Shown here: piece after piece, positions 25,612-36,088 of the stretch
Layout of the letters: every line of letters starts with the position of its first letter
Numbering within the stretch: the first letter of the stretch is position 1
From: Candidatus Hydrogenedentes bacterium UBA6118
Lineage (GTDB): Bacteria; Hydrogenedentota; Hydrogenedentia; Hydrogenedentales; SLHB01
DNA length: 64,000 bases
Direction of reading: 5' to 3'
Assembly: GCA_002422525.1 (NCBI GenBank)
Contig: DIWA01000026.1
Location: forward strand, 264,843 to 328,842
Made by a program: the position numbers and the translations under genes
The notes under the pieces: model-generated
Seen by the model: only the letters and a program-made list of their open reading frames with translations
Databases searched by the model: none
Told to the model about the DNA's origin: nothing

Positions 25612-28600
25612 TCAGTCGCGCCGATTGCGTCTACGGAGGGCCGCGACGCCCGCCCACACGACCATCGCCGCAGTCGCGGACAGCCCGACCGGCGCAAGCG
25701 GCAGCGAAGGCGCAGGCACGTCGTCCATCCGGAACGCCGCCTCGACGGTGATATCCGCCGTCACATCCACATCCCGGCGCGGATTCTGCGTCGAACCGTC
25801 CGACCATTGCTCGAACGTGTAGCCGACGTCCGCGTCGGCGCTGACTTCTTCGCCGTCCTCGCCATGCTCGACGGTCTGCTGAGACGGGCCGACGATCTCG
25901 CCCCCGACCCCCGCGGTGTAGGTCAGCGTGTAGGTCTTTTTCCGGAACTCGGCCGCGACCGTGATATCGCCCACCACGTTCACGTCCTGACGCGGGTTCG
26001 CCTGCGAGCCGTCCGACCACTGCACGAACTCATACCCATCGTCCGTAGTCACGCCCACCGGCGCCCCGTCCTCGCCATGCTCGACGGTCTGCGGCGACAG
26101 GCCGTCGATCGAACCGCCGACGCCCGCCGTGTAGGTCAGCGTGTAGGTCTTCTTCACGAACTGCGCCTGCACGCTGATGTCGCCGATCACGTTCACGTCC
26201 TGTCGCGGGTTCGCCTGCGAGCCGTCCGACCACTGGTCGAACGCATACCCGTCGTCCGGCGTCACGCCCACCGGCGCCCCGTCCTCGCCGTGCTCGACCG
26301 TCTGCGGCGACGGGCCGGCGATCTCGCCCCCGACGCCCGCCGTATAGGTCAGCGTGTAGGTCTTCCTCACGAACTGCGCCTCGACGTTGATATCCGCAGT
26401 CACGTTCAGATCCTGCCGCGGGTTCGCCTGCGAGCCGTCCGACCATTGGTCGAACGCGTAGCCGTCGTCCGGAACGGCGCTGACCTCTTCCCCGTCCTCG
26501 CCATAGTCGACGGTCTGCGGCGACGGGCCAGCGATCGAGCCTCCGACCCCCGCCGTATACGTGAGCTGGACTTGCGTACGTCTCGACGCGGGCGGTCCGG
26601 GCGTCGTCTCGACGTCATCGTCATTGCGCGCCACCACCGAGAAGACGTACTCCGTGGCCCCGGTCAGGCCGCTCACGACGACCGTGTCCCACACCGGAAC
26701 CGACCGCCACACGGCGACCGCGCCCAACGACCCGTCGCCCTGCACCCACTGCGACGTGGTCACGCATCGGATTGCATACTCCGTGCCCGCCGGGTTGCCG
26801 TCGGCCGAGTCGATCGCCACGGGGATCGTCGTGCGGGTCGGCGCCAGCGGGAACAGCGGCGCGAGCGGCGTCCCGGCGAGCGTGTACACCGACACCGGCG
26901 ACGTCTGGGGGCTCTCGCCGATGCCGTTGAAAGCGCTGATCTGACAAGTGTACATCGTATTGGGGAGCAGTCCGGTCTGCGTCCACTCCTCCACGTCGGG
27001 TCCCGTGTCATACGTTACTGTTCCTGGCGCCGTAGCGCCCGGCCCGGCGTACACGTTGAAGCCCAGCTCATCCGCCGCGGCGTCGTACCACGTCCACGTA
27101 GCTTGATCCGACAGGACGTCCTTCCATCCAGGATTGGTCGGCGCGGCGGGCGCGGTCCCGTACGAGACAACTCCAGTCCACAGCTCGCTGGTCTCGGTCA
27201 TCGATGCGCCCGGTATAGACGGAGGGAACGGTCCATAGGACTGCGCCATCTCAAAGCCGTCCCCTGGACTTCCGGGCGATCGGCTCGGCACGAAGGCGTG
27301 CGTGTCCGCCTGCCACGCGAACAGGTAGTCGCCGCTGTCCAGCCAGACCGAGGACGGCGTCCCGTCCACGACGGGGACCGTCACCCAGTGGTTCTCGGCG
27401 GTGTTGGACACGGACCCGCTCTCCCAGACAAGCGTCGGGGCCGCGCCGGACGTGTCGTACAGCCCCACGCGCACCGGACCCGCAGCGGTGTGCGAGTACA
27501 ACGCTACGCTCTGGAGCGCGCCGGACTCCGGCATCGTCAGCGGGGAGCCTTTGACATGCCCCGCCTGTGAGTTCAGCCCCACCTTGACCACCGTTCCAGG
27601 GCTCGTCACCGTGCCGAAGTAGCCGTAGCCGTGGCTCCCGTCAACCGCGCCGCAGTAGAGCAGCTCCTCGCCTGGATTCAGGGTCACGCTGTCAACGACC
27701 AAAGGCGGGTCGCCGCCGGCGCCGCCAGACACCTCCACCACCGTTGCCGGGTTGCTGAAGACCCCGTAGAAGAGGCTGCCGTTCACCGGGTAGTCGGAAC
27801 CGCAGGAAATCGACTGGCCGGGATCAAACGTGACGGCTCCCACGCGCGACGGCGGATCGCTCCCCGCGCCCAGATCCACCTTCACCACGATCCCCGGAGA
27901 TGTATACGTTCCAAAGTAGCCGAGGCCGTTTGGCGCGTCGAGCGCGGCGGTCTGGAGCATGTCCTCTCCCGGATTGAACGTCACCGCCCCAACGCGGGAC
28001 GGCGGATCGCTTCCCGCCCCGGGATCCACTTTCACCACCACACCGGGACTGGTCATGCAGCCGAAGTACGCGTGGCCGCCGACGGGATCGAACCCCGAGC
28101 ACAACAGATCATTCTCACCCGCGTTCAACGTCGTCGACCCCAGGCGCGCGGGCGGGTCGCTCCCCACGCCGAGATCGACCTTCACCACCGTGCCTGGACT
28201 CGTTCGCGTTCCGAACAAGGCGTACCCGTTGGCGGGATCGATCACAGCGCTCGATATACTATTCTCCCCGGGGTTCAACGTCAGCGCGCCGACGCGCGTC
28301 GGCGGGTCGTTCCCGGCCCCAAGGTCCACCTTCACGATCGAACCGGGCGACGTGTCCGTGCCGAAATAGGCGTATCCGTTGGCCACATCGATCACACCGC
28401 TGCCGATGCCGTCCTCACCGGGGTTCAGGGTCAACCCGCCGACGCGCGTCGGCGGGTCGTCTCCCGTCCCAAGATCGACTTTCACCACCACCCCGGGCGA
28501 AGTGCTCCCGCCGAAATACCCATACCCATTAACCGGGTCGACTACCACCGTGGTCAACCAGTTCTCGCCGGTGTTCAGGCCGGTGACATCCGTGCGGGCG

Positions 28601-29136
28601 AGTTGCCCGTTGACGTAGTTCGTGTCGCCTACAGCATCATTCCCGGCGATCGGGTCGCTGAACCGCAACGAACGGTCCGTGTACGTGCGACCCGCGCGAT
28701 CCGTCACGGTGATCGCGACGCGGTACCAGATCTCCTCGAGGCCGACCGCCGTCCATTCCGCCTGCCACAGACCGACCTCCGCGCCGTCCCGTACGCTCTT
28801 CGACGTCAAGGGTAGAATCGCAACGGGGGCCGTCTTCCGTGCCGCCCCCGACACGTCGTCGGGCCGGGATAACGTGTCCTCTCGCTCGATTCGCGCCTCA
28901 ACGGACGCCACGCCGGCCTTGGCCGTGACCGCCGCCTGGATGGTCGCCCGTTCCCCGTTCTTCAAGGAGGGCGCCGACAGGGTCGGCAAGATGTGTATCG
29001 TCCCGTCTCCGCTGCCGGGCAGTTCCCCCGTGAACGCCATCCGATGTGGCGTCTCGCCGTGCGCGAGAACGCCTCCCATCACCACCGCTAGAACCAACAG
29101 AAGCGCAGCACGCCGCACCACATCTCGTCTACACAT
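25612..29136 (-). CDS. large secreted PEP-CTERM protein with ~7 tandem 50-aa YFGTxTSPGxVVKVDLGAGSDPP repeats, an FN3-like region and 4 Listeria-Bacteroides (Flg_new) repeats
   Basis: Signal peptide MCRRDVVRRAALLLVLAVVMGGVLAHG. Four repeats ~KKTYTLTYTAGVGGxIxGxSPQTVEHGEDGxPVxVxPDDGYAFDQWSDGS. C-terminus VPAPSLPLAPVGLSATAAMVVWAGVAALRRRNRRD. Confidence 0.75.
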   Translation of the reverse strand: MCRRDVVRRAALLLVLAVVMGGVLAHGETPHRMAFTGELPGSGDGTIHILPTLSAPSLKNGERATIQAAVTAKAGVASVEARIEREDTLSRPDDVSGAARKTAPVAILPLTSKSVRDGAEVGLWQAEWTAVGLEEIWYRVAITVTDRAGRTYTDRSLRFSDPIAGNDAVGDTNYVNGQLARTDVTGLNTGENWLTTVVVDPVNGYGYFGGSTSPGVVVKVDLGTGDDPPTRVGGLTLNPGEDGIGSGVIDVANGYAYFGTDTSPGSIVKVDLGAGNDPPTRVGALTLNPGENSISSAVIDPANGYALFGTRTSPGTVVKVDLGVGSDPPARLGSTTLNAGENDLLCSGFDPVGGHAYFGCMTSPGVVVKVDPGAGSDPPSRVGAVTFNPGEDMLQTAALDAPNGLGYFGTYTSPGIVVKVDLGAGSDPPSRVGAVTFDPGQSISCGSDYPVNGSLFYGVFSNPATVVEVSGGAGGDPPLVVDSVTLNPGEELLYCGAVDGSHGYGYFGTVTSPGTVVKVGLNSQAGHVKGSPLTMPESGALQSVALYSHTAAGPVRVGLYDTSGAAPTLVWESGSVSNTAENHWVTVPVVDGTPSSVWLDSGDYLFAWQADTHAFVPSRSPGSPGDGFEMAQSYGPFPPSIPGASMTETSELWTGVVSYGTAPAAPTNPGWKDVLSDQATWTWYDAAADELGFNVYAGPGATAPGTVTYDTGPDVEEWTQTGLLPNTMYTCQISAFNGIGESPQTSPVSVYTLAGTPLAPLFPLAPTRTTIPVAIDSADGNPAGTEYAIRCVTTSQWVQGDGSLGAVAVWRSVPVWDTVVVSGLTGATEYVFSVVARNDDDVETTPGPPASRRTQVQLTYTAGVGGSIAGPSPQTVDYGEDGEEVSAVPDDGYAFDQWSDGSQANPRQDLNVTADINVEAQFVRKTYTLTYTAGVGGEIAGPSPQTVEHGEDGAPVGVTPDDGYAFDQWSDGSQANPRQDVNVIGDISVQAQFVKKTYTLTYTAGVGGSIDGLSPQTVEHGEDGAPVGVTTDDGYEFVQWSDGSQANPRQDVNVVGDITVAAEFRKKTYTLTYTAGVGGEIVGPSQQTVEHGEDGEEVSADADVGYTFEQWSDGSTQNPRRDVDVTADITVEAAFRMDDVPAPSLPLAPVGLSATAAMVVWAGVAALRRRNRRD

Positions 29137-29404
29137 CAGACGATTACTCCTCTCGGCGTTCTCGGGGCGCCCCTACCGGACACGAAGCCCGACATCTCAC
29201 AAAGACGCATCCTGCCCCGCCTGCCAACGCCGAATGCAGTATTGCAGGCAAGAACAGAATATGTCAATCACTACGTTTTATGTTAAAAACGAGCGATGTG
29301 CGCTCTCCGCCCTCTTGATGCTCCGCGCCGCCCGCTGGTATGGTCTCAAAGCGCGCGCCGAAGGTACGGGGACCATTCAGCGTATGCCTTCGTCAGGAGG
29401 AGCC

Positions 29405-31807
29405 ATGCCCATTCGTCTGCGAAACCTGCCCGTTCTTCCGGTCCTGCTGGTCGGCATCATCGCGATCCAACAGGCATTTCTGTTCTCGCTCAGCCGATCG
29501 ATACCTGCCCCGCCGGAGCCGACAGCCGCCCTCGAACCGGAGCCCGCGAGTCCTCTCGAGAGTCCGGCGTTCGTCAGAGACCCGATCGACCGCGCGGAAG
29601 CGCTGGACTTCATCCGCGAAGCGCAGTGGACGAGCTACCCCGCGCTGCGCCCGCCCTCGGATGCGCTCATCAAACACGCCCTGCGCTATGGCGGACCGGA
29701 CGCAGAGCCGCTGAGCTGGATGCAGGAGGCGACCGCGCAGCGCAACGCGAACGCCCATATCGAGGCGGCGCACGCGATCATCGACGGCGTCGCACGGGAT
29801 CGCACCTATCTGTCCTATATCATTCAGGAGATCGACGCCGTCGCCTACGACCTGGCCTTGACGCTCGTCCGCTCCGGCGAACGCGAGACAGCCCGAAACC
29901 TCATCTCCGCCTGCGCCGTCGCCTCGGGCGACCCCATCGCCTACCTGCGGCATACGCTGAACCGGATGCCGGATGAGGACATTGCCCGCCTGTGGCGAGA
30001 AGACCCCTACGCGGTGCTCGTCGACTTCGGCGAAGACGACACGCTCTTCCAGATCCGGAAGATGACGGATTTTCAGAACAGGGAATCGCTCCGGTGGACC
30101 AACGACCCGGACGAGAGCCTCCGCGGCGCCGCGAGCGTGCGCATCGCCGCCGGCGAACCGAACCGCGACGGCGCGCTCATGCTCGGATGGCGGGACCCGC
30201 TGATGCGGCTCTCCCCCGGCGCCGCGGGACTGCGCGTCTACGCCAAAGCGGAGCATCCGGATCCGGTGCAGGTCGCGGTCCTCGGGTCAGGCGCTTTCGG
30301 AAACGGACGCGAGTTCGCGTCGGTGTTTCGCATCCCGCTGCCGGACCACCGGGGCGACGGCTGGCTCTGTTTCGACACGGAGGCCGTCAGCGATGACCTG
30401 TTCAGCGCGGTGATCAACGGGTACGGCGCCTCCGAACCGTGGTCGATGCAGCATCTGCAACAGGGCGCCGTGACGCAGGCCAGGGCCTCGCTGAGGCTCA
30501 TCGGACTCGACATCCCGCCCAACGGTGCGAACCGCTACTGGCTGGACCGGGTGGAGCTGTACATCCCCGCGGGCAGTTGGACCGAACCCCCGACTGTACC
30601 GGACCTCTCCAGCTTCGGCCTCGGGTGGCGGCCTTCCGAGCACGACCTGCTCGCCGACGATGGCATGGACGACGCGACGCAGGAGCAACTGGCGGAGCTT
30701 GAGGCGCTCGGTTACCTCGGCGCCGTCAACGCCGCTCCGGCGACCTCGGGCGTCACCGTCCACGACACCACGAAGGCCTGGCCGGGGCTGAACCTCTACG
30801 TCAGCGGCCACGCCCCGGAACTGACCCTGATGGATATGGACGGCCGGATCCTCCACACGTGGCGCCCGAACTACGACCACCCGAACTGGCCCGAAGACCA
30901 CGCGCCCGAGGAGGAAATGGCCGACCGCCACTGGCGCCGCGGGCGCCTGTTCCCCAACGGCGACGTCCTGACCGTGCAGAGCGGCGAGCTGCTCGTGAAG
31001 ATGGACCGACACGGCGACATCCTCTGGGCGAAGCCCGGCGGCTACCACCACGACCTGCGCGTCATGGACGACGGGCGGATCTACGTCCTCTATCGCGAGT
31101 GGGAGCGCGTGGCCAACGGCGGGCCCGGTCGCGAGACGTTGGTGGACTACATCATGATCCTCGACGCCGACGGGAACGAGCTCCGGCGCGTCTCGCTGTT
31201 GCAGGCCCTGGAGGACTCGCCCTACGCCCCCGTGCTGGCGGATCTCGACTATGGCGGCGACATCCTCCACGCCAACTCGATCCAGGTGCTCGACGGGCAG
31301 CTCAGCGACCGCATCCCGGCGTTTCGCGAAGGCAACGTGATGGTCTGCATGCTGATGCCCAGCCTCGTCGCGGTGGTCGACATGGAGACGGAGCGAGTGG
31401 TGTGGGGGCAGACGGGGAAATGGCTGCATCCGCACGACCCGAAGCTGCTGCCCGACGACACGCTGATGATCTTCGACAACGCCGGCCCGTCGTGGCACTG
31501 GCTGCTGCCGCGGGCCTCCCGCGTCCTGATCTGCGACCCCGTCACCCTCGAGGTGACCTGGGACTACACCGGCGGCCCGGACCAGCCCTTCCATTCCAAC
31601 ACGAGCGGCGCCGCATGGCGTCTGCCGAACGACAACATCCTCATCTCCGAGACGAACAACGGACGCGCGTTCGAGGTCACCCGGGACAAGGAGATCGTGT
31701 GGGAGTACTTCAACCCGGAACGCAGCGGCGAGAATGACGAACTGATCGCGAACATCTTCGAGCTGGTCCGGTACCCCGAGGACTACGCGCAGACCTGGCT
31801 CCAGTAG
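29405..31807 (+). CDS. arylsulfotransferase (ASST)-family beta-propeller protein with an N-terminal membrane anchor
   Basis: GGAGG RBS; TM segment LPVLPVLLVGIIAIQQAFLF; ASST-like motifs GGYHHDLRVMDDG and DILHANSIQVLDG. Confidence 0.6.
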   Translation: MPIRLRNLPVLPVLLVGIIAIQQAFLFSLSRSIPAPPEPTAALEPEPASPLESPAFVRDPIDRAEALDFIREAQWTSYPALRPPSDALIKHALRYGGPDAEPLSWMQEATAQRNANAHIEAAHAIIDGVARDRTYLSYIIQEIDAVAYDLALTLVRSGERETARNLISACAVASGDPIAYLRHTLNRMPDEDIARLWREDPYAVLVDFGEDDTLFQIRKMTDFQNRESLRWTNDPDESLRGAASVRIAAGEPNRDGALMLGWRDPLMRLSPGAAGLRVYAKAEHPDPVQVAVLGSGAFGNGREFASVFRIPLPDHRGDGWLCFDTEAVSDDLFSAVINGYGASEPWSMQHLQQGAVTQARASLRLIGLDIPPNGANRYWLDRVELYIPAGSWTEPPTVPDLSSFGLGWRPSEHDLLADDGMDDATQEQLAELEALGYLGAVNAAPATSGVTVHDTTKAWPGLNLYVSGHAPELTLMDMDGRILHTWRPNYDHPNWPEDHAPEEEMADRHWRRGRLFPNGDVLTVQSGELLVKMDRHGDILWAKPGGYHHDLRVMDDGRIYVLYREWERVANGGPGRETLVDYIMILDADGNELRRVSLLQALEDSPYAPVLADLDYGGDILHANSIQVLDGQLSDRIPAFREGNVMVCMLMPSLVAVVDMETERVVWGQTGKWLHPHDPKLLPDDTLMIFDNAGPSWHWLLPRASRVLICDPVTLEVTWDYTGGPDQPFHSNTSGAAWRLPNDNILISETNNGRAFEVTRDKEIVWEYFNPERSGENDELIANIFELVRYPEDYAQTWLQ

Positions 31808-31921
31808 CGGCCGATTCGCCCCCAGCCTACAGCGACTGAGACGAAGCGGCGGGGCCGACTATCAAGCCGACCCCGCCGTGCATGTCCTCAACGGTCACCC
31901 TGAGCAGGCGCCGATTGCCGA

Positions 31922-33346
31922 TTACGGGGTCTCCCACAGGAGATGGGGATACTGGCCCGCGGCGATCCCCCAAGTATTGGCGAAGTCCCAACCCGCGCCG
32001 GTGTACGTGGCCTGCTTCTTCATGTCGGCGGTGGTCTTGCCCACGCCCCCGACCGACGACGCCTGGCCGCTCGTGTCCACATCCCAGAAGCTGGCGGAGG
32101 CGGTATCGGAGTTGGATCGGCCGATCAGACCGCCGGCGTGCTCAAGCCCCTGCACAAGCCCCGCCGAATAGCAGCGCGCCACGGTTCCCGTGGTTGTGAA
32201 GGACTCCTCGGACGCGTTCACCGTGATCGTCGCGGGCCACAGCGCCTTGTCTGTAAGGCCCTCGGCCAGCAGCCGGGTCCAGCGCCCCGTGTTGCCCGTC
32301 AGGCCGCCGACGCCGCGGCTGCCGATGACGGACCCCAGCGCGTAGCAGTCCGCGACTTCAGACAGGTTCGCCCCGACGAGCCCGCCGACGTGGCCATAGA
32401 ACGGCCCGCCCGCCGCGGTGTGGATCAGCGTGCCCGCCACCGGGCCGTCCGCACAGGAGCGCACGATAGCGCCGCCGAACGCGTCGCCCACAAGTCCGCC
32501 GACATCGCCGTGGCCCGAGACCGCGCCCATGGCCGCGCATTCCGTCACCTGCGTGAGCACCGCGGACCCGATCAGCCCGCCGGCGCCATAGGTCCCGGCT
32601 ACGTCCACCTCAGCGGTGCAACGCCGCACTTCCGCCATGTCGGCCAGGCCCGCCAAAGCCCCGGTGTCGGCGCCGCCGGTCACGCTTCCGTCCACGAGAT
32701 GCACCTTCTCAACGACCGCGCCCGGGCCCAGATAGCCGAACAGCCCCACCGAAGAGGCGTTCGGCCGGTTGATATGCAGCCCGGTGATCACGCGACCATT
32801 GCCCTCCAGCTTGCCGTAGAAGGCGTTGGTCGGGTTGTTCACGTCGCCCGATCCGATCGGGGCGAATCCCGCGCCGTTGTTCCAGTCCGCCGTGGCGGAC
32901 GCGTCGATGTTCGCCGTGAGCTTGTAGCGCGCGTTGAGCGGATACGCGGCATCCCGCCCGATCTTCTGGAGATCCTCAACCGACGCGATTGCGATCGGTT
33001 GCTCCATCGTCGGCTCGGGGCCTTTGGACAGGAACAGCTTGATGCTATGCACCGCGACGACTTCCGCCCCGGCCGCCGGCTCCGTGCGAACAACCCTACC
33101 GGGGGGCGAAGCGTCGCTGAACTCGCCCGCCGCGACATCGACCTCCTCAATGCCGTGGCTTTCCACCTCCGCCATCGCCTCGTACAGCGTCAGCCCCGTA
33201 AAGTCCGGGACGGTCACCCTGACCGAGGAAGGACACCCGAACAACGCCCCGCTGCACAACAGAACGAGCGCTATCGAGGCAAGAGCCGCCCCTGCGTTCA
33301 CTCCAGCGACCCTCAGCCCGTTGCGTGTTTCCCCAAGATGCGTCAT
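31922..33346 (-). CDS. lipoprotein with a PASTA-like domain and multiple GLUG motifs
   Basis: Lipobox LLCSGALFGC. PASTA-like VTVPDFTGLTLYEAMAEVESHGIE...KLFLSKG. Repeated GGLIG/GGLVG/GGLTG units. Confidence 0.65.
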   Translation of the reverse strand: MTHLGETRNGLRVAGVNAGAALASIALVLLCSGALFGCPSSVRVTVPDFTGLTLYEAMAEVESHGIEEVDVAAGEFSDASPPGRVVRTEPAAGAEVVAVHSIKLFLSKGPEPTMEQPIAIASVEDLQKIGRDAAYPLNARYKLTANIDASATADWNNGAGFAPIGSGDVNNPTNAFYGKLEGNGRVITGLHINRPNASSVGLFGYLGPGAVVEKVHLVDGSVTGGADTGALAGLADMAEVRRCTAEVDVAGTYGAGGLIGSAVLTQVTECAAMGAVSGHGDVGGLVGDAFGGAIVRSCADGPVAGTLIHTAAGGPFYGHVGGLVGANLSEVADCYALGSVIGSRGVGGLTGNTGRWTRLLAEGLTDKALWPATITVNASEESFTTTGTVARCYSAGLVQGLEHAGGLIGRSNSDTASASFWDVDTSGQASSVGGVGKTTADMKKQATYTGAGWDFANTWGIAAGQYPHLLWETP

Positions 33347-33578
33347 GCCGTTGTCTCCCGTCCATCCCCGGACCCGACCCGCCTGCTGCGTCGCCCGACG
33401 CCGCGCGATATGCCGGCCCGTTCCGTCGGTCTGTTCAGTATACACACTTCCCGCTATTGCCGGTAGCGTCGGCCGCACGCCCGCAGAACCGCGCAGACCT
33501 GCATGCGCCCAGTATAGATCGCCTTCTGGAAAAGCGCTACACATACGCGCCCGCCGCGCGTCGCGCACCGACGTCGCC

Positions 33579-34433
33579 TCATTCCTTCCCCGCAACCCGG
33601 TCGAACGCGAATTCGAGGATCCGCCGGGCGTCCGCATACTCCGTGAAATGCCCCAGCTCCTCGCGGTGGATGATCAGGATGTCGCGCTCGAGCGCCCGCA
33701 GCACGCCCGCAAGCCGCAGCACGCTCTCCGGCGGTACGCTCTCGTCCTGACCGGAGACGGTCGCGCCGATGGGCATGGTGAGACGTTCGGGCCAGTACTC
33801 GGCGCTGCGCCGCTTGTACTCCTCCGGGATCGCCGCCTTGGTCCCGCCAAACGACTCCATGATCGCGTCCTGGAAGTTCTCGTACTCCAGCAGGTTGGCC
33901 GTCCCGTTCATCGAGGCCGCCGCATCGACCAGATCCGGGTGCATGGCGGCGAAACTCAGCGCGGCGGTCCCCCCCATCGATCCGCCGGACAAGATGATGC
34001 GCTCCACGCCGTAGTCCCGCTTGACCTCGGCGATGACCTGCACCACGTCGGCCTCCGCCGCCGGACCCATCCACGAAGTCGTCGCGCGGTAGTCGGGCGA
34101 AACGCACACCGCGTTCCGCTCACGCCCGACATCGAGCACCGCGCGACACTCGTCGCGGGCTTGCCGCACGAGCTGCCATCGGTCGGAACCATGTCCGTGC
34201 AGGAAGAACAGCGCGACCCGCGGCGGGCCGTCGGCGCCCTCCTCCGGCGGCGCGACGACGACGTACCGCTGCTCCGTGCCGTCATAGTCCGCCACGAACG
34301 CGACGTCCCGCTCGCCCTCCCGCGGAACCTCCGCGCCGCCGTCGTCGCTTGCCGCAGCCGCCAACGACATCGCTCCCATCACGCACAACACCGTCATCCT
34401 GAACACGCCTCTCCTCCGGGTTGTCTTCACCAT
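33579..34433 (-). CDS. secreted alpha/beta-hydrolase esterase (prolyl-oligopeptidase/dienelactone-hydrolase fold)
   Basis: Signal peptide MTVLCVMGAMSLAAAAS (alternative start ~34397). LSGGSMGG nucleophile elbow and a later His. Confidence 0.7.
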   Translation of the reverse strand: MVKTTRRRGVFRMTVLCVMGAMSLAAAASDDGGAEVPREGERDVAFVADYDGTEQRYVVVAPPEEGADGPPRVALFFLHGHGSDRWQLVRQARDECRAVLDVGRERNAVCVSPDYRATTSWMGPAAEADVVQVIAEVKRDYGVERIILSGGSMGGTAALSFAAMHPDLVDAAASMNGTANLLEYENFQDAIMESFGGTKAAIPEEYKRRSAEYWPERLTMPIGATVSGQDESVPPESVLRLAGVLRALERDILIIHREELGHFTEYADARRILEFAFDRVAGKE

Positions 34434-34586
34434 GAAAGTATATGCCGGGCGACGGGTCTACTCCGAGTGCGTCGTCTTCGCATCGCCCTGCAATGCCCTC
34501 GGGGAATACGTAGACCGCACGCCCGCGTTTTGCTGTATGAAACCAGATCCGCTATACTGAAGCATTGGAGAAGTGCCAACCCGCAC

Positions 34587-35489
34587 CTACGGCTCGTCCC
34601 ACTTCTCTATCTGACGCCAGTCGCGCGTCGGCTGGTAACCAAGCAGCTTCTTAGCTTTGCGGATGTCGAACGCCGGCGCCTCAGGGTTCGCCTCGTAGTA
34701 GGACTTGTCCCGCACTTGCGGAAGCTCATCGTAAATTCGCTTCAACACGTCGAGCGTCGGCTCGCCGTAGAACGTCGTATCGGCCATGATATAGAACGCC
34801 TCGAACGGGATCGGCTCATCGCCCTTGAACGTGTACTGCGTCGCCAGGCGCACCGCCTGGGCGACGTCGTGCGCCGACACATAGCACCCGAACCAGGGCT
34901 TCTCCGCCCGTTCGCCGCGCCGGAACGGCTCGATCATCGCCGTCAGGGCTTCCGCTTCCTTCCGCATCCACACGCCGCAGTACCGCAGCGAGATCCCTTC
35001 GATCTTGTGGGCGCGGGCGAAGTTCTCGACCATCTCCTCCCCGAACCGCTTCGTAAAGCTGTAGCTCTCGTGCGGCCACAGCGGGTGCGCCTCGTCGATC
35101 GGCAGATACTCGGGACGCAACACAACGTCGTGGATGCCGAAACCCGCTGAGGATTCGCTGCCCGCGTAGACGATCCGCTTCACCCCGTTTTCGCGGGCGG
35201 CCTCGACCACGTTGAAGCACGTCACCATATTGACGGCCATCACCTTCTCGCCGGGGTCTACAAACGCGTTCGGAATCGCGGCGAGATGCACCACGGTGTC
35301 GTAGCCCCGCAACGCACGGATCGTCTCCTCCTTGTTCATCAGGTCGCAGCGGACGAAGTCCACCCCGTCGGGCAGCTTGGCCGGCTCCCGGACATCCAGC
35401 ACCGTGTGCGGAATGTTGTGCGCCGCGAGATCCGCCACAACGTACTCGCCTACGCCGCCCGCGCCGCCAGTCACCAGAATCTTGCTCAT
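34587..35489 (-). CDS. NAD-dependent epimerase/dehydratase (SDR) family protein
   Basis: ILVTGGAGGVGEYVV Rossmann motif; YxxxK region. Confidence 0.8.
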   Translation of the reverse strand: MSKILVTGGAGGVGEYVVADLAAHNIPHTVLDVREPAKLPDGVDFVRCDLMNKEETIRALRGYDTVVHLAAIPNAFVDPGEKVMAVNMVTCFNVVEAARENGVKRIVYAGSESSAGFGIHDVVLRPEYLPIDEAHPLWPHESYSFTKRFGEEMVENFARAHKIEGISLRYCGVWMRKEAEALTAMIEPFRRGERAEKPWFGCYVSAHDVAQAVRLATQYTFKGDEPIPFEAFYIMADTTFYGEPTLDVLKRIYDELPQVRDKSYYEANPEAPAFDIRKAKKLLGYQPTRDWRQIEKWDEP

Positions 35490-36067
35490 GTTGCGTCTCC
35501 TGACTCGTTACCGTGTTCCACTTCAGCAGCAGTATGCCCGCCGATGCGACAGGCCCCGTCCCTACACACAACGGCGGCCCGCCGCATCGGATCACCGGTC
35601 ACTCCGGCTTCGCCGCCCCGCCTGGGCGATGGCGGCGCATCACCCTCATTCAAGCGCCTTGCGCAGCGACGCAATCGCCCGCGCCACCTTCTCTCGATGC
35701 GCCTCGATCGGAGCCGGGTCCCACGTGAACTCGGTCGTCGAGGCCGTGATCTCCGCCGGGGTCTCCAACAGCCCGCGGTAGGGATCGAGATCCAGACCTC
35801 TCCGGCCTCTTCGCCGGTTCCGCGCATGCCGAGAGACCGACGCTCGACAGCGCCTTCCTCGAGCCACACGCCGTCTCCCGCATCGAGATGCCAACCATCC
35901 GGCCCGTCGTCGCCGTCCTCGAAGGACGGATTCGGAACTTCGACCGGCCCGGCCGACGCTATCGGCGCATACAGCATGGCCGGAATCAGCAGGCCTGCGA
36001 TCGCCGCGCAGACCGCCGGCCCGCCACGTATAGTCCCCTCAAATCGACGCACACCACGCATCGTCAT
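35486..36067 (-). pseudogene. small secreted protein gene with an apparent frameshift
   Basis: The N-terminus is protein-like (MTMRG...AGPVEVPNPSFEDGDDGPDGWHLDAGDGVWLEEG) but becomes Arg-rich nonsense. A second frame (35646-35894) resumes with a protein-like ...LDLDPYRGLLETPAEITASTTEFTWDPAPIEAHREKVARAIASLRKALE*. The junction is near ~35800-35815. Confidence 0.3.
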
Positions 36068-36088
36068 CCGTCTCCCCCTCGGTCTCGC

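Noticed and set aside
24176-29000. Long ORFs 24176..25570 (-), 25378..27570 (+), 27631..28815 (+), 28622..29404 (+ 5' part)
   Set aside because: They are antisense to, or out of frame with, the AKR and the PEP-CTERM giant gene. Their composition is not protein-like.
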